Assembly: GCA_965242865.1 (NCBI GenBank)
Contig: CBDETK010000013.1
Span: 544,001 to 608,000 of the forward strand
From: Candidatus Latescibacterota bacterium
GTDB taxonomy: Bacteria > Latescibacterota > UBA2968 > UBA8231
Direction of reading: 5' to 3'
DNA: 64,000 nucleotides
The position numbers and the translations under genes were made by a program. Below, piece by piece: positions 55,726 through 64,000 of this stretch. How positions within the stretch are numbered: the first letter of the stretch is position 1; each line of letters begins with the position of its first letter. The notes beneath the pieces are model-generated. The model did no database searches, was not told the DNA's origin, and was given only the letters and a program-made list of their open reading frames with translations.

Positions 55726-57936
55726 ATGGCTAGACGCTGGATGTTCTATGGGGTGGGGGCCGTCTTCGCGCTCGCCCTCTCAGCGCGCCTGTACTACCTC
55801 CACGAACTACGCGCCAGCCCGCTTTTCACCGCGCCCGTCGTCGATGCGCGCACCTATACCGAGGACGCGCGCTACCTCAGCGACGTCTCCTTTGCGGGTC
55901 GGCCCGCGCCCTTCTGGCAACCGCCGTTCTACCCCGTGCTCCTCGGCGTCCTCTTTGCCCTCGCCGGAGACGACCTCTACCTGCCGCGCTTCATCCAAGC
56001 CATCCTCGGCGCGCTCGTCTGCGTCCTCATAAGCCTGTTGGGGCACCGGGTCTTTGGCGCCGGAGTCGGGCTGGGCGCGGGGTTTGCCGCGGCCTTGTAC
56101 GGGCCGCTCATCTACTTTGGCGGCGAGTTGCTGCCGACCCTGCTGGCCTGTGGCCTCAATGTGCTCGTGCTGGTACTCGTAGTCGGCGCGGGGGGTTGGC
56201 AGCGCGCCCTAGCGGCCGGGGTGTTGCTGGGCCTGTCCGCGCTGACCGTGGCCAACGTGCTGCTCTGCGCGCCCGTGCTGTTGGGCTATCTCTACGGGCG
56301 GCAACGCCGGCTCCGGGCACCGGCCCTCCTGCTCTTGGGCTGTGCCTTGGTCATCGCGCCGGTCGCGTATCGCAACTGGGCGGTCGGCGGCGATCTAGTG
56401 CTCATCTCGCACAACGCCGGCATCAACTTTTACATCGGCAACAACGCCGACTCCGCGCAAACGACCCGCATCCGCCCGGGCCGAGCTTGGGCCGAGCTGG
56501 TGGAAATGCCCGAGCGCCGCGCCGGCATTGAGCAGCCTTCGGCCAAGTCGCGCTATTTTTTCGCCCAGTCTTGGCAGTACATGCGCTCTGAGCCGCTCGA
56601 TTTCTTGCGCTCGCTGGCCTACAAGGGCTACCTGTTCCTGCGCGGCGACGAGCTCCCGCGCAACCGTGACCCCTACTTCGCCCGCAACGATTCTGGGCTG
56701 CTGTCGATCCTGCTGTGGAAAAAGGGACTGGCGTTTCCCTTCGGGTTGGTCGCGCCGCTGGCGTTGTTGGGGCTTTGGGGCGTTTCGCGCTCCTCCTCGC
56801 CCGAAGGACGCTTGCTCGCGCTCTTTGTGGCCTGCTACGCGCTTTCCGTGGTGCTGTTTTTCGTCACCGGGCGCTATCGCCTGCCCGCCGTGCCCGTGCT
56901 GTTGTTGTTCGCGGCTTGTGGCGTACGCGTCCTGTGGCAGCGCCCTCGGCCGGCCCTCGCTGCTTTGGCCGGCCTGTTGGTCTTTTGCAATGTGGGCGCG
57001 GGGGCGATGGACTCAGCGGGCAATGCCCACGAACACTACTACCTCGGGTACGCGTACGAAGCGCGGGACATGCCGGCCCACGCGGCCCGCCACTACGGGC
57101 GCGCCATCGCCCGCGACCCGGACTTCCCCGAGCCCGTCCTCGCGCTCGCAGCGCTCCACGGCGAGGCCGAGCGCTACGACGAGGCCATGGCCCTCTATCG
57201 GCAGTACCTCCAAGCGCGGCCCCACGACGCGGATGTGCGCTTTCTCCTCGGCCACACCGCGCTGCTCGCTCGGCACTACGACGAGGCGGCAGCCGCGTAT
57301 TCCGAGGTTGCGGCCGCGCGGCCCCACTGGGCGGCCGCGCACGGTGGCCTCGGCTACGCCCTCCTGATGACGGACCAACCCCAGCGTGCGGCCCAGTGCT
57401 ATCGCCGCACGCTCGAACTGAACCCAGACTCGACGCTCGTGCGCTATCAACTGGCCCGCCTGTACGCGGAGCAGGGGCAACACCGTGCGGCCATCGCCGA
57501 GTTTGAGCAGCTCGTGCAGCGCACACCGCACGTGCCCGAATACCCAACCCGCCTCGCCGACCTGCTCATCGAGCTCGAACAAGGCACGGGCATGGCCCTC
57601 GGGCAGACGGAGCGGCTCGCGGAAGCGGAACACCTCTTGCGTCGCGCCATTGCCCTCGCCCCCAAGGCCGCGCATCCCCATTGGAGCCTAGGGATGCTCT
57701 ATGCTCGCCAAGCGCGCTATCCAGAGGCCGTGCCCCTGTTTGAACGTTTGCGCCAGCTCGCTCCGCACGACTATCAGGTCCATCTATTCCTCGGCCACCT
57801 GTACCAGCGCACTGGACGCCCAGCCGACGCGGCAGCTCAATTCGCGGCCTTTAGCCGTGGCCAGCGCGCCTACCAGATGAAAAAGGTGGTGCGCCGAGAA
57901 ATGGAAGCCCAGATCGAACAAATTTTCGGCGGTTGA
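55726..57936 (+). CDS. GT-C fold (PMT_2/ArnT-like) membrane glycosyltransferase fused to TPRs
   Basis: VVDARTY, QPPFYP..L, NAGINFYIGNN, FFVTGRYRLP; C-terminal TPR array. Confidence 0.82.
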   Translation: MARRWMFYGVGAVFALALSARLYYLHELRASPLFTAPVVDARTYTEDARYLSDVSFAGRPAPFWQPPFYPVLLGVLFALAGDDLYLPRFIQAILGALVCVLISLLGHRVFGAGVGLGAGFAAALYGPLIYFGGELLPTLLACGLNVLVLVLVVGAGGWQRALAAGVLLGLSALTVANVLLCAPVLLGYLYGRQRRLRAPALLLLGCALVIAPVAYRNWAVGGDLVLISHNAGINFYIGNNADSAQTTRIRPGRAWAELVEMPERRAGIEQPSAKSRYFFAQSWQYMRSEPLDFLRSLAYKGYLFLRGDELPRNRDPYFARNDSGLLSILLWKKGLAFPFGLVAPLALLGLWGVSRSSSPEGRLLALFVACYALSVVLFFVTGRYRLPAVPVLLLFAACGVRVLWQRPRPALAALAGLLVFCNVGAGAMDSAGNAHEHYYLGYAYEARDMPAHAARHYGRAIARDPDFPEPVLALAALHGEAERYDEAMALYRQYLQARPHDADVRFLLGHTALLARHYDEAAAAYSEVAAARPHWAAAHGGLGYALLMTDQPQRAAQCYRRTLELNPDSTLVRYQLARLYAEQGQHRAAIAEFEQLVQRTPHVPEYPTRLADLLIELEQGTGMALGQTERLAEAEHLLRRAIALAPKAAHPHWSLGMLYARQARYPEAVPLFERLRQLAPHDYQVHLFLGHLYQRTGRPADAAAQFAAFSRGQRAYQMKKVVRREMEAQIEQIFGG

Positions 57937-57957
57937 TCCGCAGAAAGCGACTTCTCG

Positions 57958-60900
57958 ATGTACAACGCGAGCCGCTGGGCCGTTTTCGGGCTGTTCTTTT
58001 TCTCTGGGGCCTGCGCCCTAATCTATCAAATCACTTGGCTGCGCCTCTTCCGGCTGGCGATGGGCAATACGGTCTTTACCTCGGCCACGGTGTTGACCGC
58101 GTTTATGGCCGGGCTGGCGTTGGGCAGTTGGCTCGCCGGCCGGATCGCCGACCGCACGGGCCGGCCCCTGCGCGTGTACGCCGTGCTAGAAGTGCTCATC
58201 GGCCTTTGCGGCTTGGCCATGATGCCGGCCTTTAGCGCGATAGAACCGGTCTATGGCTGGCTCTATCGTGCGTTGGATGGAACCGGCCTTTGGCTCGGGG
58301 TGGGGCGCTTTTTCGCGTCGGCCGCCCTGTTGGCCCTGCCCACGACCCTGATGGGCGCGACCCTGCCGCTGTTGAGCCGCTTTACCACCCAACGGCTTGA
58401 GCGCATGGGGCGCGACTTGGGGCGGCTCTACGCGCTCAATACGCTCGGGGCCGCGCTCGGGGCCGCGCTGACCGGGTTCCTGTTGGTCCCTTCCCTGGGG
58501 GTGCAGACCACGCTGTGGACAGCGGCCGGGGCCAATGTGCTCATCGGCGCGCTGGCCTTTGTCCTCGCGGACGCGCCTTCGGCCCGCACCCCTGCAGACG
58601 AACCGGCGTCGCGCCGAGGCGACCCGGCCGCGCTGTGGGCACTCGGACTGACGGGTTTTGCCGCCATGATCTACGAGGTGAGCTGGACTCGCACCCTCTC
58701 GCTGCTCATCGGCTCCTCAGTGTATGCGTTTACCTTGATGCTGGTGGCCTTTATCTGCGGGCTGGGGCTGGGCAGCTTGGTGCTGGCCGGCTGGATTGAC
58801 CGCCGGGCGCGGCTCTTTGGCGTCCTCGCCCTGTTGGAGCTGGCCGTCGGCCTAACGGCTCTGCTGGTCGAGCCGCTCTTTGGCCTGCTGCCCCTCGTGG
58901 TCGTCGAGCTGGTCAACCGCTATGCCGGCTCCTTTGGGCTGCTGCATTTGAGCGAATTTCTCATGGCCTTCGGCCTGATGTTCCTGCCGACGTTTGCGGC
59001 CGGCGGCATCTTCCCGGCCGCGGCCAAGCTCTACACCCGGCACCTCTCCACAGTGGGCAAGTCGGTCGGCGATGCGTACGCGGCCAACACGCTCGGGGCC
59101 GTGCTCGGGGCCTTTGCCGGGGGCTTTCTCTTGATTCCCCTTATCGGAGTGCAGGCCAGCATTCTCGCGGCCACCACCCTCAATCTAGGGTTGGGCCTTT
59201 ACTTCCTCTGGCGCGATGGCCGGTTTAGCCGGCCGCTGGTCCGCGTGCTGGCGCCCGGCCTGCTGCTGTTGCCCCTAGCGGTTTCGCGCCTGCCGGCTTG
59301 GGACGTGGCCCTGCTCAACAGCGCCCCGTACCTCTACGCCGAGCAGTATCAGAGCGCGGCCCGCCTCACCGGGCAAGGCGTGGCGCATGCCATTGGGCGC
59401 GATCGCCGCTTGCTCTATGCCAAAGAAGGCATGACCGCGACGGTGACCGCGTGGGAATGGCGCGGCGAGCGGTTCATGCGGGTCAACGGCAAGGTCGTTG
59501 CCTCCTCGCAGGGCAAGGACTTGCGCTCGCACGCGCTCTTGGCTCATCTGCCGCTGCTGTTGCACGAGGATCCCCAAGACGTGCTGCTGATCGGCTTGGG
59601 CTGCGGCATCAGCTTGGGCGCGGCCTTGTGCCACCCGATTGAGGCCATTGACTGCGTCGAGCTGTCGCCCGAAGTCGTGGAGGCGACCGAACTCTTTAGC
59701 GAGGTGAACCAAGACGCGCTCGCGGACCCGCGCACCCGGATGATCGTCGGCGACGGCCGCAACCACCTCGCGCTTTCCGAGGGCCGCTACGACGTCATCA
59801 TCTCCCAGCCTTCGAGCTTGTGGATTGCCGGCATGGTGGATCTGTTCACCCGCGAGTTTTTCCACGACTGCCGCCAAAAGCTCGCGCCCGGGGGCTTGGC
59901 CGGCGTTTGGCTCCAAGCCTACGCGCTCGAACCCGAGGATGTGCAAACCATTGTCGCCACGTTTGCCCACGCCTTCCCGCACGTGTCGGTCTGGGAGCTA
60001 ATCCCCGGGATTGACTACTTGCTCGTCGGCTCGGCCGCGCCAGTGCCGGTGGGATTGGACCGGCTCACGGCGCGCTTGGACCGGCCCGGGGTGCGGCGCG
60101 ACTTGGCGCGCAGCGGCGGGGGCGACGCCCTCGATGTGCTCTGCTCGTATGTCATGGGCGATCGAGGGGTTAAACAGCTCGCGGGCGATGCCCCGCTCAA
60201 CACCGACGACAATGCCCGGCTGGAGTTTGCGGCCCCGCGGGGCCTGTACCGCGACCTAAGCCGCGGCTCCGGGCTGTTTTCCCTCGCGGACCTAGCCGAG
60301 GTCCGGCGCGCGGATCTGGGCTTTGTGCATCCGGCCGCGCCGCCGGAGCTAGCCCGCGCTTGGGCGGCGCGGCACCTCGCGCTGGACGGGTTGATGCACG
60401 AGCAGCGCGGCGCGTACTCCGCGGCCTTGGCCCAGCTGGGCCAAGCCGCACGGCTGCGGCCCGAGGACATAGAAGTGCGGCGCGTCTTGCCCGAACTGAG
60501 CTTCAAACTGGCCGAAGACGCCATTCGCCGGGGCCGCTTGCAACAGGCCGTGCGCTGGTACGACGAATTGCTCGCCGCGCTGCCCGACCACGCCGTGGGC
60601 CACTACCGCAAGGGCGAGCTGCACGAACACCTGCGGCAGTGGGACGTGGCGGCCGCGGCCTATCAGCGCACGACCGAGCTCGCTCCGACCTTTGTCGCCG
60701 CCCACTTGCGCCTCGGGGCCATTCACACGCGCCGCCGGGCATTCGCCGAGGCCGCGGCGACCTATCGCCGCGGCTTAAAGGCCCTGCCCGTTCACCTCGG
60801 GCTGCTCAACAACCTCGGCACCACTCTCTTGATGCAGGAGCGCTTTGCCGAGGGGGTAAGCGTCTTTCGCCAAGCCTTGGCCCTAGACTCCACGGACGCC

Positions 60901-61128
60901 CGCGTGTGGAACAACCTCGGCACGGCCTTTCTCAAGCAGCGGCAGTTTGCCGCGGCGCAGCACTATTTGACGGAAGCGGTCCAGCGGCGGCCCGAGGACG
61001 CGACCTTGCGGCTGAAACTGGCCGACGCCTATCGGGGCACGGGGGATGTGGAACGGGCGCGACAGGTGCTGGAGGAGGGACCGGACGAGCCGCGGGTGCG
61101 GGAGATGAGGGCGCAGTTGGGGGAGTGA
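57958..61128 (+). CDS. Fused MFS-like/spermidine synthase-like membrane protein with TPRs
   Basis: SGACALIYQI.W, LYALNTLGA, VLLIGLGCGIS, VELSPEV, DGRNHL, YDVIISQPS, NTDDN; C-terminal TPRs. Confidence 0.88.
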   Translation: MYNASRWAVFGLFFFSGACALIYQITWLRLFRLAMGNTVFTSATVLTAFMAGLALGSWLAGRIADRTGRPLRVYAVLEVLIGLCGLAMMPAFSAIEPVYGWLYRALDGTGLWLGVGRFFASAALLALPTTLMGATLPLLSRFTTQRLERMGRDLGRLYALNTLGAALGAALTGFLLVPSLGVQTTLWTAAGANVLIGALAFVLADAPSARTPADEPASRRGDPAALWALGLTGFAAMIYEVSWTRTLSLLIGSSVYAFTLMLVAFICGLGLGSLVLAGWIDRRARLFGVLALLELAVGLTALLVEPLFGLLPLVVVELVNRYAGSFGLLHLSEFLMAFGLMFLPTFAAGGIFPAAAKLYTRHLSTVGKSVGDAYAANTLGAVLGAFAGGFLLIPLIGVQASILAATTLNLGLGLYFLWRDGRFSRPLVRVLAPGLLLLPLAVSRLPAWDVALLNSAPYLYAEQYQSAARLTGQGVAHAIGRDRRLLYAKEGMTATVTAWEWRGERFMRVNGKVVASSQGKDLRSHALLAHLPLLLHEDPQDVLLIGLGCGISLGAALCHPIEAIDCVELSPEVVEATELFSEVNQDALADPRTRMIVGDGRNHLALSEGRYDVIISQPSSLWIAGMVDLFTREFFHDCRQKLAPGGLAGVWLQAYALEPEDVQTIVATFAHAFPHVSVWELIPGIDYLLVGSAAPVPVGLDRLTARLDRPGVRRDLARSGGGDALDVLCSYVMGDRGVKQLAGDAPLNTDDNARLEFAAPRGLYRDLSRGSGLFSLADLAEVRRADLGFVHPAAPPELARAWAARHLALDGLMHEQRGAYSAALAQLGQAARLRPEDIEVRRVLPELSFKLAEDAIRRGRLQQAVRWYDELLAALPDHAVGHYRKGELHEHLRQWDVAAAAYQRTTELAPTFVAAHLRLGAIHTRRRAFAEAAATYRRGLKALPVHLGLLNNLGTTLLMQERFAEGVSVFRQALALDSTDARVWNNLGTAFLKQRQFAAAQHYLTEAVQRRPEDATLRLKLADAYRGTGDVERARQVLEEGPDEPRVREMRAQLGE

Positions 61129-61134
61129 TTCCTC

Positions 61135-61890
61135 TCATATATTGTAGTGCAGCCCGCACTCTTTGTGATCGGTCGCGCCGCTGTCGTGCTCGTTGAACCA
61201 GCGCCAGCGACCGACGCGCTTGTGCTCGCCCGGGCGGGTCGGGGTTGAGCATATAATGCAGCCAAAGCTCGGATAGCCCTGCCCGTAGAGCGGATGGACC
61301 GGCAGCTTGTTTTCCTTGGTGAAATCCATGAGCTGTTCCTCGGTCCAATCCACCAATGGGTTGAGCTTGAGTAGCTTTCGCTGCGTACCGTATTCATTGA
61401 TCAAAGCCGCCTTCTTCGCCGTCTGCTGGCGGTGCTCAGATTGATCCCAACGCTGCCCGGAAATCCAACAATCCGCGGTCCGCAACAGCGCGTTGTTGGG
61501 CCATTCTTTGCGGACTTGGCAGCAGTGCTCCTGCTTTTCCTTGGAATCAAAAAACAAGTACTCGCCGTGGCGCGAAACCATCAGCTCGACGTCGCGGCGC
61601 TTGGGCTGGATGACCTCAATGCGGCAGCCGTAGCGCGCCTCAACTTCTTGGCGAAACGCGTACGTCTCCGGGTGGAGCCGGAAGGTGTCAATGGTTGCCA
61701 AGCGCAGGTCCAACCCCAAGGACGAGACCATGTGGATCATGGCCACGCCGGTGTACTGGAAGCTGGTGTTGAGGACGGCCCGACCGGGAAAGGTCTCGCT
61801 GGCCCAGCGCAGCAGGGCCTCGGCCGGCATCTGGGCTAGGGGCAAGTCGCGGATGTAGTGTTCTAACGGCTGATTGCGTTCTTTGTCCAT
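61135..61890 (-). CDS. cysH: Phosphoadenylyl-/adenylyl-sulfate reductase (4Fe-4S APS reductase type)
   Basis: TSFQ, IDTFRLHPETY, CCQVRK, KLNPL, GYPSFGCIICS, GRWRW, KECGLH. Confidence 0.93.
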   Translation of the reverse strand: MDKERNQPLEHYIRDLPLAQMPAEALLRWASETFPGRAVLNTSFQYTGVAMIHMVSSLGLDLRLATIDTFRLHPETYAFRQEVEARYGCRIEVIQPKRRDVELMVSRHGEYLFFDSKEKQEHCCQVRKEWPNNALLRTADCWISGQRWDQSEHRQQTAKKAALINEYGTQRKLLKLNPLVDWTEEQLMDFTKENKLPVHPLYGQGYPSFGCIICSTPTRPGEHKRVGRWRWFNEHDSGATDHKECGLHYNI

Positions 61891-61911
61891 CTCGTCGTCT
61901 GCAGCGGGGAA

Positions 61912-61936
61912 AATGACCTTATAATGACCTTATAAT
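61912..61936. repeat. 11-bp tandem repeat AATGACCTTAT x2 (+AAT) in the divergent cysH/ABC promoter region
   Basis: Read directly; creates two TATAAT hexamers. Confidence 0.75.
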
Positions 61937-62113
61937 ATAAGATACTGAGAAAATATTGAGAAAAGAGACGCGCCGGGCCTGTCCAAAAGAAAAGCGCGTC
62001 CCGAACCTGCTAATCTGGTTGGCTCGGCCCCGGACAGCACGCCTCTTGCCATTGTTCAAACGGCAGGATTAGCTTTTTCAGGCGAGGTAAGCCAACCAAA
62101 GCGAGCACGAGCC

Positions 62114-64000
62114 ATGAGCAGCCAAAAATTACTAGAACCCGCCGATGAGGCCGCGGCCGCGCGGATTGCCGCGGCCCTGCCCGCGGCCGAGGCGGTGCTA
62201 ATCCGCGCCTCTACGGATTTGGCCGCCGACGGGCGCTTTGGCCGCCAGTGGCTGGTGGCCACCCCTCGCCGGGTCCTCGTCGTGCCGGCTCAGGGCGCGA
62301 TCGTCGATATCCCCCTCGCCTCGCTGGCCAAGGTGCATACCGACGCGCTCGTCGGCGGTGGCCAGTTGGCGATTGAGCGCGTGGATGCGCCGACCTTGGC
62401 GCTGAGCTATACGCGCTCGGAGGCCGAAAAAATGTCCGAGGTGGCGCGGGGCTTGGAGCAGTTGCGCCAAGGCCAATCCTTTGCCATCAATGGGCACTTA
62501 GACCGGACCCGTTGCGCCCAGTGCCACCGGCTCTTGCCGGAGCGAAACGGCATCTGTCCGGCGTGTATTGAGAAGCTGGCGACCCTCAAGCGCATTGCCA
62601 GCTATCTCGGCCCGTACAAACTCAAGGCGGGGGTGTTGGCCTTTGCCTCCATTGCCACCACGGCCGCCGAGCTAGCCCCCCCGCTGATTACCAAGCGCAT
62701 CGTCGATGAGGTGTTGGTCCCGGTGGAGGGCCGCGCCACCGGGTTTGACGAGCGCGTCCACCTCTTGGGCCTGTTCGTCTTGAGCTTAGTCGGCGTCCGC
62801 TTCTTTGCTTGGGTCGCCGAATGGGCCCACGGCTGGATTGCGACTTGGCTCGGCGCGCAGCTCACCGCGGATATTCGCTCGCTTCTCTACCGCCGGTTGG
62901 AAATGCTGTCTTTGCAATTTTACGACAAGCGCAAGGTCGGCTCCCTCATCTCGCGGGCCACCCGCGACGCCGGCATGTTGCAGGACTTCCTCGTCGATGG
63001 CTTGCCTTACATCGTCATCAACGGCCTAATGGTCTTTGGCATCCTCGGGTTTTTGTTCTGGATGAGTTGGTCGTTGAGCCTGTACGTGTTGATCCCGGTG
63101 CCCCTGATCATGCTGTGGGGGGTGATCTTTTGGCGGCGCTTGCGCGGGTTTTTCGTCAAGTGGGGCGAGGTCTGGTCGGGTCTGACCGAGCGCACGGTGG
63201 AGACGCTGGCCGGCATCCGCGTGGTCAAGGCGTTTGCCCAAGAGGGCCGGGAAATAGCGGCCTTTGCCAAGCCCAATGGCAGGCTGCGCCAAGTCGCCGA
63301 AAAGACCGCGATCAATCGCGGCGTGTTCTTCGCCACCATCTCGTTCCTAACCGGGTTGGGGGTCTTGGTCGTCTGGCTGCTCGGCGGGCTGCAAGTCCTC
63401 GGCGGCAAAATGACCTTGGGCACGCTGTTGGCCTTTTACTCGTACATGTGGCTATTTTACGGCCCCTTAGAGTGGTTCGGTCAAGTCAATGCTTGGATGT
63501 CGCGGGCCTTTGCCGGGGCCGAGCGCATCTTCGAGGTCATCGACACCCCGCCCGAGGCCTATGAGGACCCAGCCGCCCAGCGGCTGCCGCGCATGAAAGG
63601 AGGCATCCGCTTCCGGGGCGTCACGTTTGGCTACGACAAGAGCAAGCCCGTGCTGAAAAACTTTGACTTGGACATCGAGCCGGGCGAGATGATCGGCCTC
63701 GTGGGCAAGTCCGGGGTCGGCAAGACGACGACCGTCAACCTCATCGCCCGCTTTTACGACGTCGATTACGGGGCCATTGAAATCGACGGGATCGACATCC
63801 GCCGCATCGCCCTGCGCGACTTGCGCTCCCAGATCGGCATCGTGCTGCAGGAGCCAGTGCTTTTTTCCGGCACCATCGCCGAAAACATCGGCTACGGCCG
63901 GCCCGGTTCCTCCTTGGCCGACATCATGGCGGCCGCCCGCGCTGCCAACGCCCACAACTTCATCATCGCCAAGCCCGATGGCTATGAGACCCAAGTCGGG
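62114..64000 (+). CDS. ABC exporter (fused permease/ATPase) with N-terminal extension and Zn-ribbon; 3' end beyond window
   Basis: Own translation from ATG 62114, open to the window end; CAQCHRLLPERNGICPAC, TM domain, GIRVVKAF, GKSGVGKTT (Walker A), IGIVLQEP. Confidence 0.9.
   Translation, partial: MSSQKLLEPADEAAAARIAAALPAAEAVLIRASTDLAADGRFGRQWLVATPRRVLVVPAQGAIVDIPLASLAKVHTDALVGGGQLAIERVDAPTLALSYTRSEAEKMSEVARGLEQLRQGQSFAINGHLDRTRCAQCHRLLPERNGICPACIEKLATLKRIASYLGPYKLKAGVLAFASIATTAAELAPPLITKRIVDEVLVPVEGRATGFDERVHLLGLFVLSLVGVRFFAWVAEWAHGWIATWLGAQLTADIRSLLYRRLEMLSLQFYDKRKVGSLISRATRDAGMLQDFLVDGLPYIVINGLMVFGILGFLFWMSWSLSLYVLIPVPLIMLWGVIFWRRLRGFFVKWGEVWSGLTERTVETLAGIRVVKAFAQEGREIAAFAKPNGRLRQVAEKTAINRGVFFATISFLTGLGVLVVWLLGGLQVLGGKMTLGTLLAFYSYMWLFYGPLEWFGQVNAWMSRAFAGAERIFEVIDTPPEAYEDPAAQRLPRMKGGIRFRGVTFGYDKSKPVLKNFDLDIEPGEMIGLVGKSGVGKTTTVNLIARFYDVDYGAIEIDGIDIRRIALRDLRSQIGIVLQEPVLFSGTIAENIGYGRPGSSLADIMAAARAANAHNFIIAKPDGYETQVG

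Overview
High-GC bacterial chromosomal window (GC judged by eye, not computed) with about 45 coding regions and no rRNA, tRNA or CRISPR array that I can support. The gene mix (DUF6785-type membrane protein, FlgD-Ig C-terminal secreted protein, TPR/FG-GAP proteins, sulfatase, PhyH dioxygenase, several Rpn genes) suggests a Latescibacterota/Poribacteria-like organism; this is inference only. The 1-38 kb part holds catabolic and transport genes plus housekeeping genes (cca, PBP1A, an XPB-like helicase with a DUF790 nuclease). These are interrupted by small lower-GC inserts, orphan antitoxin-like genes and deletion-scarred pseudogenes (cupin, HicB, TldD/PmbA, IS5, ATPase fragments). The 39-61 kb part is a co-oriented cell-envelope cluster, interrupted by a truncated IS1595 transposase fused to a DNA methyltransferase and followed by a restriction endonuclease. 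Most notable observations: (1) both Rpn genes carry an internal Shine-Dalgarno plus ATG for a small C-terminal protein, and in one copy the long form is frameshifted and catalytically mutated; (2) the IS1595 N-terminus/MTase fusion RM unit has a near-consensus promoter; (3) a substrate-binding protein, a kinase-less HAMP protein and an OFA-type MFS form an operon; (4) the envelope cluster includes a secreted protein with a repeat I do not recognise; (5) an unannotated two-gene cassette sits at 11.5 kb. All family assignments come from motif recognition, not database searches.
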